This document shows, piece by piece, positions 8,920 to 17,027 of a DNA stretch of 32,000 nt; the stretch's first letter is position 1, and each line of letters starts with the position of its first letter. Position numbers and translations under genes: made by a program. The stretch comes from an uncultured Desulfurivibrio sp. (GTDB taxonomy: Bacteria; Desulfobacterota; Desulfobulbia; Desulfobulbales; Desulfurivibrionaceae). Under the pieces are notes generated by a model. The model saw only the letters and a program-made list of their open reading frames with translations, was not told the origin of the DNA and searched no databases. The stretch is from assembly GCA_964588325.1 (NCBI GenBank), contig CAZPOR010000002.1, positions 242,919 to 274,918 on the forward strand, in the 5' to 3' direction.

Positions 8920-9969
8920 ATGCCGGTCAGGGTCGCGATAAATGGTTTTGGGCGTATTGGCCGTCAGCTTGCCCGCCATATTTTTTCAAGATACAGCGAG
9001 ACGCTTGCCCTTGTCGCCATCAACACCTTGGGCAGCGCAGCTCAAAGCGCGCATTTGTTTCACCACGACAGCATAACCGGCAGGAGCGCCTTGCCGGTGG
9101 AAGCGGATGGCGAGAACGCGCTTGTTATTGCCGGCAGGCGGGTGTCCTACTTCGCGCAGGAAGACCCGGCCAAATTGTGCTGGGCTGAGCTGGGAATTGA
9201 TCTTGTCATTGAATGCACCGGGAAATATGCGGAAAGAGGCCGGGTTCATTTGGAGGCGGGCGCCGCCCGGGTAATTGTGGCCGGTTCGGCCAGGCAGGCC
9301 GACATTACCGTTTGTATGGGGGTGAATCACGAGGGGTTTGATCCTCACCGGCACCGGATCATTTGCGGGGGCAGTTGTACGGCCAACAGCCTCGCTCCAC
9401 TGGTGAAAATTCTGAATGAGACGTTGACAATCGAATGGGGAATGGTGACCTTTCTCCATTCCTACACCAAGGAGCAGAGTCTGTTGGATGATGCCCACCC
9501 CGACCTCCGCCGGAGACGATCAGCCACCCGGAGCATCATTCCGACTACCACCAGCGCCATTGAGCAACTCGGCGCGGTTTTCCCTTCCCTGTGCGGAAAG
9601 ATTGACGGGTTGGCCCTGCGAGTGCCGACACCGGTCGTGCACGCGGTTGATTTTGTGGCGAAGCTGCAATGCAAAGAGGACAAGGAGGGATTGCTGCACC
9701 TGCTGGAAGAAGCCGCACGGGGATCCATGAAAAATATTCTGGCTGTCAGTCGCGCGCCGTTGGTCAGCACGGATTTAAGGGGCTCCGGGCATTCCTGTGT
9801 TGTTGATGCGGAATTTTCCGGTTTTCATGGTGATCTGCTCAGGGTGTTAGCCTGGCATGACAATGAATGCGCCTACTGCGCAAGGATTTGTGAGCTTGCG
9901 GACTATATCGGTATCCAGGTCGGCAACAGCGGTGAGCCGGGCTTTATGGCCGACCCGGAGGTGGGGTGA
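8920..9969 (+). CDS. gap: Glyceraldehyde-3-phosphate dehydrogenase family protein (type I-like, divergent)
   Basis: The NAD-binding motif VAINGFGRIGR, the catalytic SCTAN (canonical SCTTN), HSYT, RRRRSA..IIPTTT, RVPTP and WHDNE are all in the canonical order. There is a C-terminal extension of about 20 aa. Confidence 0.8.
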   Translation: MPVRVAINGFGRIGRQLARHIFSRYSETLALVAINTLGSAAQSAHLFHHDSITGRSALPVEADGENALVIAGRRVSYFAQEDPAKLCWAELGIDLVIECTGKYAERGRVHLEAGAARVIVAGSARQADITVCMGVNHEGFDPHRHRIICGGSCTANSLAPLVKILNETLTIEWGMVTFLHSYTKEQSLLDDAHPDLRRRRSATRSIIPTTTSAIEQLGAVFPSLCGKIDGLALRVPTPVVHAVDFVAKLQCKEDKEGLLHLLEEAARGSMKNILAVSRAPLVSTDLRGSGHSCVVDAEFSGFHGDLLRVLAWHDNECAYCARICELADYIGIQVGNSGEPGFMADPEVG

Positions 9970-10049
9970 GATAAAAAAGTATACCATCGTTGGTGTCTGT
10001 CGGTTAGTATTACCCCTTTTGCAAGGGTTGATCATAAGGGCGTCAGACC

Positions 10050-10865
10050 ATGCTGCTGGTAAATGAAAAAGAGGTTTCCTTCCAGGCCGGAATGACCCTT
10101 GGCGACCTGGTGAGGGATCATGCTGCGGGTGGCGAGGCAGACATCCTGCTCGTCAACGGCTACCCGGCAACATTGCAGACCGTGTTATCCGACGGGGACC
10201 AATGCTGGCTGTGGAAGCGGGGAAAGGTTCCTTCTGCGGAAGAGATGCGGCGGCTTTTGTATGCCCGGCACAGCCCAGGCATACAGACTCGTCTGCAAAC
10301 AAAGATGGTCGGGATCATGGGTCTGGGAGGCCTCGGCTCCCTAGTGGCAATCGCTCTGGCGCGCATGGGCATCGGCGCCCTCCTTCTTGCCGACTATGAT
10401 GTGGTGGAACCCACCAATCTCAACCGGCAGCAGTATTTTGTGGATCAGATCGGACAGAAGAAAACCGCGGCGTTGCGGGATATTCTGCAGCGGGTGAATC
10501 CCCATGTCGCCGTGACCCTTATGGACAGACGGCTTGTTGAAGATGATATCGGCGTGTTGTTTCATGATGTCCATGCCCTGGTCGAGTGTTTCGATGATCC
10601 GGCCATGAAGGCTGCCGGCTTGCGGGCCGCTGTGCATAATCTTCCCGGAGTTTTTTATGTGGGGGCCTCGGGACTCGCCGGATATGGCGAAAACAATACG
10701 ATTCGGACCAGGCGGCTCTACCCCGGCATCTATCTTGTCGGCGATGAGGTAAGCGGGGCAGCCCCCGGGCAGGGGCTCATGGCGGCCAGGGTAGGTATTG
10801 CCGCCCATCACCAGGCGAATCAGGTGGTCCGGCTCCTGCTGGGTGCGGAAAATGAGGTCGAGTAG
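10050..10865 (+). CDS. thiF: ThiF-type sulfur-carrier adenylyltransferase with fused N-terminal ThiS-like beta-grasp domain
   Basis: Residues about 1-60 (LLVNEKEVSFQAGMTLGDLV...ILLVNGYPA...LSDGDQCWLWKRG) follow the ThiS pattern but lack the terminal GG. Residues about 85 onward (VGIMGLGGLGSLVAIALARMGIGALLLADYDVVEPTNLNRQ) form the E1-like/ThiF Rossmann motif. thiS follows directly. Confidence 0.85.
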   Translation: MLLVNEKEVSFQAGMTLGDLVRDHAAGGEADILLVNGYPATLQTVLSDGDQCWLWKRGKVPSAEEMRRLLYARHSPGIQTRLQTKMVGIMGLGGLGSLVAIALARMGIGALLLADYDVVEPTNLNRQQYFVDQIGQKKTAALRDILQRVNPHVAVTLMDRRLVEDDIGVLFHDVHALVECFDDPAMKAAGLRAAVHNLPGVFYVGASGLAGYGENNTIRTRRLYPGIYLVGDEVSGAAPGQGLMAARVGIAAHHQANQVVRLLLGAENEVE

Positions 10866-11066
10866 ATGAAGGTCATTTGCAACGGCGAAGCGCAGGAAGT
10901 CGCGCCCGGTACCCGGGTGGCTGATTATCTCAACCAGCTTGGCGTGGATGCCTCGTCCGTGGTGGTTGAGTGCGACGGGAAGATATTGACCCGGGAAGAA
11001 TACGCGAGCCATGCATTGCAGGATGGCTCGGTCCTTGAATTGATCCGGTTTGTGGGAGGTGGTTGA
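10866..11066 (+). CDS. thiS: Sulfur carrier protein ThiS (66 aa, C-terminal GG)
   Basis: [12 protein letters not shown]...[12 protein letters not shown]...[16 protein letters not shown] is the ThiS pattern and ends in Gly-Gly. Its ATG abuts the thiF stop. Confidence 0.9.
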   Translation: MKVICNGEAQEVAPGTRVADYLNQLGVDASSVVVECDGKILTREEYASHALQDGSVLELIRFVGGG

Positions 11067-11067
11067 G

Positions 11068-11835
11068 ATGTTGACCATTGCGGGGAGAAAATTTCGCTCA
11101 CGGCTTTTTGGCGGCACTGGGAAGTTCGCCTCTCCGGAAGTCATGAAAGAGGCGCTTGCCGCCTCGGGGTGTGAGATGGTCACCGTGGCCCTGCGCCGCA
11201 TCGATCTCAACAATCCTGCGGACGATATCATGAGCGTGCTGGATCGCGACCGCTACCTGTTTTTGCCCAATACTTCCGGGGCGCGGGATGCGGGCGAGGC
11301 GATCCGCCTTGCCCGTCTGGCCAGGGCTTCCGGTGGAGGGGAATGGCTCAAGCTCGAGGTGACTCCCGACCCGAGAACCCTGCTCCCGGATCCCATCGAG
11401 ACCCTGAAGGCCACCGAAGAGCTGGTCAAGGAAGGGTTCAAGGTGCTGCCTTATATGAATGCCGATCCGATTTTGGCCCTGCGTCTTCAGGACGCAGGCG
11501 CGGTTGCCGTCATGCCTCTTGGCTCGCCCATCGGCACCAATCAGGGAGTACTGACCCGGTTCCAGGTCGAGATCATCATTGCCCAGGCCCAGGTGCCGGT
11601 AATCGTTGATGCCGGGCTTGGTGCGCCTTCGCATGTGGCTGAGGCCATGGAGATGGGAGCCGATGCGGTGCTGGTCAATACGGCCATTGCCGTGGCCGGG
11701 GATCCGGTTCGCATGGCCCGGGCCTTCGCCATGGCGGTGGAGGCGGGCCGGATCGCTTATGAAGCCGGTCTTGGCGCGGTGCGCAAGGATGCCGCCGCCT
11801 CTTCGCCCGAGGACGGGCTTGGATTTTTGCGTTAA
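11068..11835 (+). CDS. thiG: Thiazole synthase ThiG
   Basis: [20 protein letters not shown]...VTVALRR...LPNTSGA...KLEV..D...LLPD...[13 protein letters not shown] are typical ThiG motifs. ATG 11068 lies 1 nt after the thiS stop. Confidence 0.92.
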   Translation: MLTIAGRKFRSRLFGGTGKFASPEVMKEALAASGCEMVTVALRRIDLNNPADDIMSVLDRDRYLFLPNTSGARDAGEAIRLARLARASGGGEWLKLEVTPDPRTLLPDPIETLKATEELVKEGFKVLPYMNADPILALRLQDAGAVAVMPLGSPIGTNQGVLTRFQVEIIIAQAQVPVIVDAGLGAPSHVAEAMEMGADAVLVNTAIAVAGDPVRMARAFAMAVEAGRIAYEAGLGAVRKDAAASSPEDGLGFLR

Positions 11836-11838
11836 CCC

Positions 11839-12960
11839 ATGCGCATCGTTCCCGAATTTTCCGCATTGCGGGATGCCATCAGCCGCGCCACAGAGGCAGA
11901 GGTTCTGCGCGCTCTCGGTTCCGATCGCCCCGGTCTGGAGGGTCTTGCCGCCCTGTTGTCGCCTGCAGCCGAGCCGCATCTTGGCGCCTTGGCCAAGCGT
12001 TCCGGCGCCATCACCCGCCAGCGTTTTGGTCGCACCATGCAGATGTATGCGCCGGTCTATCTTTCCAGTTTCTGCACCAATCGCTGCGCCTATTGCGGTT
12101 TTTCGGCGGACAACGTCATTGACCGGCGGGTTCTGACTTTTGCCGAGGCGGAAAGCGAGGCCATGATCCTGCACCAGCGGGGATTCAATCATATTCTTCT
12201 CGTTTCCGGCGAGGCGTCGGCCAAGCTCGGCGTGGAATATCTTGAAGAGCTGGCCCTGCGGCTGCGCGACCGGTTTGCCGCCTTGTCCATCGAAGTGCAG
12301 CCCTTGGCCACCGAGGAGTATGCGAGACTTTTCCGTGCCGGCATTACCGCCGTGGCCGTATATCAGGAAACCTATGACCGCGAAATATACAAGCAAGTGC
12401 ATCTGGCCGGGCGCAAGGCTGATTTTGATTACCGGCTGGAAACTCCGGCCCGGGCGGCGGCAGCGGGTATGCGGGAGGTCGGGATCGGCGCCCTGCTGGG
12501 CCTTGCGGACTGGCGGGCGGAAGGACTCGCCTTGGGCCTCCATCTGGCCTGGCTGCGGAAGCATTACTGGCGGACCGGACTCACCGTCTCTTTCCCGCGC
12601 ATGCGTCCGGCGCAAGGGGAATTCAAGCCGCTGGCTCCGGTGAGCGAAAGAAATCTCAGCCAGATGATCTTTGCCCTGCGGATGTTTGATCCGGATGTCG
12701 GGTTGTATCTCTCGACCCGCGAGGAGGCCCGGTACCGCGACGGCATGATCGGCCTGGGGCCCACCCGTTATTCGGCGGGTTCCTGCACCGCGCCGGGCGG
12801 ATACGGCCTGGAGGACGCAGGCGGTGAACAGTTCGAGGTCGGGGACAGCCGCAGCCTCGCCGAGGTGAGCGCCGCCATCCAGCAGAAAGGTTTTGATCCG
12901 GTCCGCAAGGATTGGGATGCGGTTTTTCAAACAAAGGAAGACGGGCAGCAGGCTGCCTGA
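11839..12960 (+). CDS. thiH: 2-iminoacetate synthase ThiH (radical SAM tyrosine lyase)
   Basis: The radical-SAM cluster motif CTNRCAYCGF is present. The length (373 aa) and the position after thiG fit ThiH of the anaerobic thiazole pathway. Confidence 0.9.
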   Translation: MRIVPEFSALRDAISRATEAEVLRALGSDRPGLEGLAALLSPAAEPHLGALAKRSGAITRQRFGRTMQMYAPVYLSSFCTNRCAYCGFSADNVIDRRVLTFAEAESEAMILHQRGFNHILLVSGEASAKLGVEYLEELALRLRDRFAALSIEVQPLATEEYARLFRAGITAVAVYQETYDREIYKQVHLAGRKADFDYRLETPARAAAAGMREVGIGALLGLADWRAEGLALGLHLAWLRKHYWRTGLTVSFPRMRPAQGEFKPLAPVSERNLSQMIFALRMFDPDVGLYLSTREEARYRDGMIGLGPTRYSAGSCTAPGGYGLEDAGGEQFEVGDSRSLAEVSAAIQQKGFDPVRKDWDAVFQTKEDGQQAA

Positions 12961-12998
12961 ACGATACGCGCAACCATAAGGAAGGAGAGGTGAATCCG

Positions 12999-14288
12999 AT
13001 GGCAGATCTGAAGAAAATGTACACCACCATTCTTGGTGACCACTTTCCCATGGAGATGAAAATCACCTTTGGCGACCAGGAGCTGGTCTACCGGAAGAAG
13101 ACCTGGAAGATCGTGGGTGAGGACGGCAGCGTTGATGAGCGGGGCGTGCGCTACGGCGAGAACCCGGATCAGGAGGCGGCCCTCTACGAGCTGACCAACG
13201 GCAATCTGGCGCTGGGCGACTGCCGGTTCATCGAACCGGGCAAGGGGCTGGTCAGCGGGATCAATGTCGAGGACATGCTCCAGGTGGGCAAGCATCCCGG
13301 CAAGATCAACCTCACCGACATCGACAACGGCCTGAACATCATTAAGTATCTCATGGACCGTCCGGCCGCGGTGATCCTCAAGCACAACAATCCCTGCGGC
13401 GCCGCCTGCAGCGAGACCCTGGCCCGCGCCTATGACCGGGCCAACCGGGCCGACCGCATCGCCGCCTTTGGCGGAGCCGTTATTCTCAACCGGCCCTGCG
13501 ACAAGGAAACCGCCGAGCTCTTGAGCAAGAACTATCTGGAGGTGGTCTGCGCCCCGGAATTCGAGGCGGGAACCCTGGAGATCCTCGCGGCTCGCAAGAA
13601 TCTGCGCGTCGTGCGGATCAGCCGCATCGACCGGCTTGCCGATTACGAGAAATACCGCTATGTGGATTTCAAGAGCCTGATCGATGGCGGGCTCATTGTC
13701 CAGCAGTCGGCGGTGAATTCCATCCGTTCAGTGGCCGACCTCAAACCCGCGGTCTGCACCGCGAAGGGGCAGGAATACACGGTGGAGCGCGAGCCCACCC
13801 AGCGGGAGATCGACGACATGCTTTTCGGCTGGGCCGTGGAGCACGGGGTGACCTCCAACTCGGTCATCTATGTGAAGGACGGCTGCACCGTGGGCATCGG
13901 CACCGGCGAGCAGGACCGGGTCGGGGTGGCCGACATCGCGGTGTACAAGGCCTACACCAAGTATGCCGACATGCTCTGCTTCGATACCTTCGGCATCCCC
14001 TATGCGGATATGGTGCTGGAGATCGAACAGGGCAAACGGACCAAGGCGGATCAGGAAAAAATCGACGCCCAGACCAAGGCGGACAAGGCCGGGCTCCCTG
14101 GTTCGGTGATGATCTCCGACGCCTTTTTCCCGTACCGCGACGGCGCCGATGTCGGCATCCGGCAGGGGGTCTCCGCCATTCTCCAGGCGGGGGGCTCCAT
14201 GCGCGATTTCGAAACCATCCAGGCCTGCAACGAGGCCAAGCCGCAGGTGGCCATGAAGTTTACGGGGCAAAGGTCTTTCAAGCACTAA
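12999..14288 (+). CDS. purH: AICAR transformylase (PurH C-terminal AICARFT domain only, no MGS-like IMP cyclohydrolase domain)
   Basis: The motifs VRYGENPDQEAALY and VILKHNNPCGAA belong to the AICARFT domain. The gene is 429 aa, against about 510-530 aa for bifunctional PurH. The AAGGAAGGAGAGG RBS supports ATG 12999 rather than the track start 12912. Confidence 0.85.
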   Translation: MADLKKMYTTILGDHFPMEMKITFGDQELVYRKKTWKIVGEDGSVDERGVRYGENPDQEAALYELTNGNLALGDCRFIEPGKGLVSGINVEDMLQVGKHPGKINLTDIDNGLNIIKYLMDRPAAVILKHNNPCGAACSETLARAYDRANRADRIAAFGGAVILNRPCDKETAELLSKNYLEVVCAPEFEAGTLEILAARKNLRVVRISRIDRLADYEKYRYVDFKSLIDGGLIVQQSAVNSIRSVADLKPAVCTAKGQEYTVEREPTQREIDDMLFGWAVEHGVTSNSVIYVKDGCTVGIGTGEQDRVGVADIAVYKAYTKYADMLCFDTFGIPYADMVLEIEQGKRTKADQEKIDAQTKADKAGLPGSVMISDAFFPYRDGADVGIRQGVSAILQAGGSMRDFETIQACNEAKPQVAMKFTGQRSFKH

Positions 14289-14303
14289 AAATACAGCAGG
14301 ATA

Positions 14304-14349
14304 TGCACAAAAAAAGCCCGGCCTGAAAAGGCCGGGCTTTTTTTGTGCA
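14304..14349. terminator. Bidirectional intrinsic terminator (perfect 20-bp-arm palindrome) between convergent purH and motB
   Basis: TGCACAAAAAAAGCCCGGCC-tgaaaa-GGCCGGGCTTTTTTTGTGCA. A GC-rich stem is flanked by A7 on one side and T7 on the other, so it gives a U-tail on either strand. Confidence 0.85.
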
Positions 14350-14425
14350 ATGGCGGCCCGCATCGAGTGGCCCTGCCGTTTTCTTGAAGGGATGCGAGCC
14401 GGAGAACAGAACAGGTGCGCGGGGT

Positions 14426-15307
14426 TTATTCCATCCGTGCTGGGTGAACCTGGGGTACGGCTTTGGGCGCAACCTGGGCCGGACCCTGCTGCGGCTGAGA
14501 CTGCGGCTGGGCCGGGGGTGGCGTCTTGCTCTGTTTTTCCGGATAGAGGCGCAGGCTTATCCTCCGGTTGCGAGGGTCAAAAGGGTTTTCCTTGATAATC
14601 GGTTCCGTGGCGGCATAGCCGGAGACCCGCCGGAGCCGGTTGGAAGGGATGCCGTTTTTTTCCACTTCGACCCGGGCGGCCGAGGCCCTGGCCGTGGAAA
14701 GCTCCCAGTTGCCGAATTCTCTGTTCGCGTAGCTCACAGCATCGGTGTGTCCCTCGATTTCAACGCGGCTTGAGGTGCTCTTGATGTTGTCGCAGAGTAC
14801 TTTGAGAATTTTTTGGCCGCTTTCGGTCAGGGTCGTGCTGCCGAGAGGGAACATGGGGTTTCCTTCCTTGTCCATGATGTCCACCTTGACCCCGCCTTCA
14901 ACAATCTCGATGCGTACCTGGTCCTTAAGGTCGGCAAGTCGCTGCTCGATTTCCTGTTGCAGTTTGTTTTTAAGCTGTTCCAAACCTGCCGGGCTGGCTT
15001 CGCCTTCTGTTTCTCCGGACGCCGGGGTTTGCGCGATGGTGATCTGGGCGGCGGGCTGCGCTTGTTCCGTGGAGATCATCTGGGTGGTTCCGCCTGCGCC
15101 GCCCTCGGCAAAGAGGCTGTATTCCTGAAAATATTTGGCGAGCTCTTCCTTTTGCGGCTTGGTGGTCATGTTGACCAGCCACATGAGGAGGAAAAAAGCC
15201 ATCATGCCGGTCATGAAATCGGCAAAGGCTACCTTCCAACTGCCGCCGTGGTGGCCGCCGCCCTGGACCTTCTTGACCTTTTTGATGATTATGCTTTTGT
15301 CTTCCAC
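14426..15307 (-). CDS. motB: Flagellar-type stator protein MotB (OmpA-like peptidoglycan-binding C-terminal domain)
   Basis: The N-terminus GGGHHGGSWKVAFADFMTGMMAFFLLMWLV matches the MotB plug/TM region with the conserved Asp. The OmpA-like part is IEGHTD...NWELSTARA. The tail is Pro/Gln-rich. The start overlaps the motA stop. Confidence 0.85.
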   Translation of the reverse strand: MEDKSIIIKKVKKVQGGGHHGGSWKVAFADFMTGMMAFFLLMWLVNMTTKPQKEELAKYFQEYSLFAEGGAGGTTQMISTEQAQPAAQITIAQTPASGETEGEASPAGLEQLKNKLQQEIEQRLADLKDQVRIEIVEGGVKVDIMDKEGNPMFPLGSTTLTESGQKILKVLCDNIKSTSSRVEIEGHTDAVSYANREFGNWELSTARASAARVEVEKNGIPSNRLRRVSGYAATEPIIKENPFDPRNRRISLRLYPEKQSKTPPPAQPQSQPQQGPAQVAPKAVPQVHPARME

Positions 15308-16155
15308 TTCTTGATGGCCTCCTCAACCTCGTTGAAGGAGGGGCGGTCGTCTCCGGGGATGGCCCGTCTGCCAGCCTCAACGGCGAATTGGACCATAAAG
15401 CTGGTTGAATACGCGGCGAGCAGCGAGGTTTTGATCACCCGCAGATAGGTCTCGCGTTCATGGGCATGATGCTCCAGCTTGGTTCCCATGGGCCCGACGA
15501 ATCCGTAACAGGCAAGCACGCCGAAGAAGGTGCCGACCAGGGCGGCGCCGATATGGTGGCCCAGAACCTCGGCGGATTCGTTGATATATCCCATGGTGAC
15601 GACAATGCCGAGAACCGCCGCGACGATACCCAGACCGGGCAGGGCATCGCCGATCCGGGTGATGCTGTGGGCGGGCAGCATCCGCTCATGCTGGTTGGCC
15701 TCCAAGTCGATCTCCATAAGATTGTCCAGTTCGTAGGCCGGGTAGTTGGCGCTGAGCATGGTGCGCACCGTGTCGCAGATGAAATCGGCTGCTTCGCGGT
15801 CCTTCATGATGTTGGCATACTTTTGAAAGAGCGGGCTTTTTTCGTGGTCTTCGATATCTGCCTCGATGGCGACCAGCCCCTCTTTTTTGATCTTGAAAAA
15901 AACGGCATTCATGAGCAGCAGCAGCTCCAGATAATGCGCCTTGTTCATGTGGGAATCGGAAAAGATGCCTCCGAGGTGTCCGAGAATAACCTTCAACGCT
16001 TTGGCCGGCGAGGAAATGATCAGGCTGCCGATGGCGGCGCCGAAGATGATGACTACTTCGGCGGGTTGGAAAAGGACGTGGAAATTGCCTTTTGCCATGG
16101 CGTATCCGGCGATGACCGACCCTAAAACAACTGCTATGCCGATGATTGTGAGCAT
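15289..16155 (-). CDS. motA: Flagellar-type stator protein MotA (MotA/TolQ/ExbB proton-channel family)
   Basis: 288 aa beginning MLTIIGIAVVLGSVIAGYAM..GNFHVLFQPAEVVIIFGAAIG. The C-terminal TM pair ALPGLGIVAAVLGIV...GAALVGTFFGVL is typical of MotA. It overlaps motB by 19 nt. Confidence 0.88.
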   Translation of the reverse strand: MLTIIGIAVVLGSVIAGYAMAKGNFHVLFQPAEVVIIFGAAIGSLIISSPAKALKVILGHLGGIFSDSHMNKAHYLELLLLMNAVFFKIKKEGLVAIEADIEDHEKSPLFQKYANIMKDREAADFICDTVRTMLSANYPAYELDNLMEIDLEANQHERMLPAHSITRIGDALPGLGIVAAVLGIVVTMGYINESAEVLGHHIGAALVGTFFGVLACYGFVGPMGTKLEHHAHERETYLRVIKTSLLAAYSTSFMVQFAVEAGRRAIPGDDRPSFNEVEEAIKKWKTKA

Positions 16156-16238
16156 ATTGGTCTTTGTTTCCCTATGGAATGTCTGTGTTCTTGATGGCGT
16201 GGGGGCGGATCAGGAATCCCTTCCGAAAACCGGAAAGT

Positions 16239-16904
16239 TCAAGGCTCCAGCCAGCGCTGATTCATGAGCTGTTCTTTTTGTTTTCTGAGCGCATAGGTGG
16301 CGATGGCGTCCTGGATAGCTCCGTTTGGTGCGGTAAATTGGATGGCCACCTGATTGCCTCCTTCCGGGAGCGGGCTTACCCGCGCAACCGAACCGCCGGT
16401 CACAACCCAGCAGGGTTGGTCCGTGGAGAGAAGCATGTGGACCTCCACGAGATCTCCGGCCGCAAGCGTCTCGTGGGAGGTGAGTTTAATGCCGCTCGCA
16501 CTGAGGCTGACCTCTCCAACCCGGGTTGTTTCCTGTGGCCTGGCGATAAGGTGAAAATCGAGGAGGCTGTCCAGTTTGCTGTTTACCTGGAGGAGTAATT
16601 GGGTCAAGGAGGGTTTGAGGTTTTTCTCCTCGTTGTACCGTGACAGTTTGTAAAATTTGAACAGCAAGTCCAGCTTGGTGTTTGCCTCAAGAAGCATCAG
16701 GGCAAAAGAAGGGTCGATGTCATGGGGAAAAGGCTTCAGGCCTGCCCCGAGAGTGCCGGAGCCGGAAAGGGCCACGGGAATGACTCTGGGCACGGGCAGG
16801 ACCCCGTTGTCGATTTTTTGCACCGAGGTTGCCAGCAGATCATCGATCCGGAAATTTTCTCGGCGGTTCTGGTCGCTGGTGTTGGCAGAGCTGTCAGTTG
16901 GCAT
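16239..16904 (-). CDS. PilZ-domain (c-di-GMP receptor-like) protein with long insertion between the two binding motifs
   Basis: RRENFR (the RxxxR motif) lies near the N-terminus. A D/NxSxxG-like motif, VSLSASG, comes about 120 aa later and is followed by a beta-rich C-terminus. The start at ATG 16904 is preferred (AGAGGA 8 nt upstream) over the track start 16937. Confidence 0.6.
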   Translation of the reverse strand: MPTDSSANTSDQNRRENFRIDDLLATSVQKIDNGVLPVPRVIPVALSGSGTLGAGLKPFPHDIDPSFALMLLEANTKLDLLFKFYKLSRYNEEKNLKPSLTQLLLQVNSKLDSLLDFHLIARPQETTRVGEVSLSASGIKLTSHETLAAGDLVEVHMLLSTDQPCWVVTGGSVARVSPLPEGGNQVAIQFTAPNGAIQDAIATYALRKQKEQLMNQRWLEP

Positions 16905-17027
16905 GCAGTGAATCCTCTGTGAAATACTGAACATCATAGCCCTGTTGCGGCAATTTTGGAATTATTTTTTGTGCTGGAAACGGGTTGTTTGGTGAGGGAT
17001 GCTGCGCCTCACGGGAAACCAGAAAAT

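Noticed and set aside
9940-10049. A possible TPP (THI-box) riboswitch in front of thiF. The fragments are GGGGUGAGA, a 6-bp hairpin AUACCA-ucgu-UGGUGU, GGUUAGUAUUACCCC, UGAUC and AAGGG.
   Set aside because: A TPP riboswitch would be expected upstream of a thi operon and several fragments resemble the consensus. However, I could not thread them into the canonical P1-P5 architecture with CUGAGA and ACCUGAUCUGG..CCAGCG in the right order. The element would also have to overlap the 3' end of the GAPDH gene. It should be settled with cmscan against Rfam RF00059.
14470-14530. A short repetitive CTGCGGCTG stretch.
   Set aside because: It encodes the Pro/Gln-rich C-terminal linker of MotB (PPPAQPQSQPQQGPAQ). 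This is low-complexity coding sequence, not an independent repeat element.
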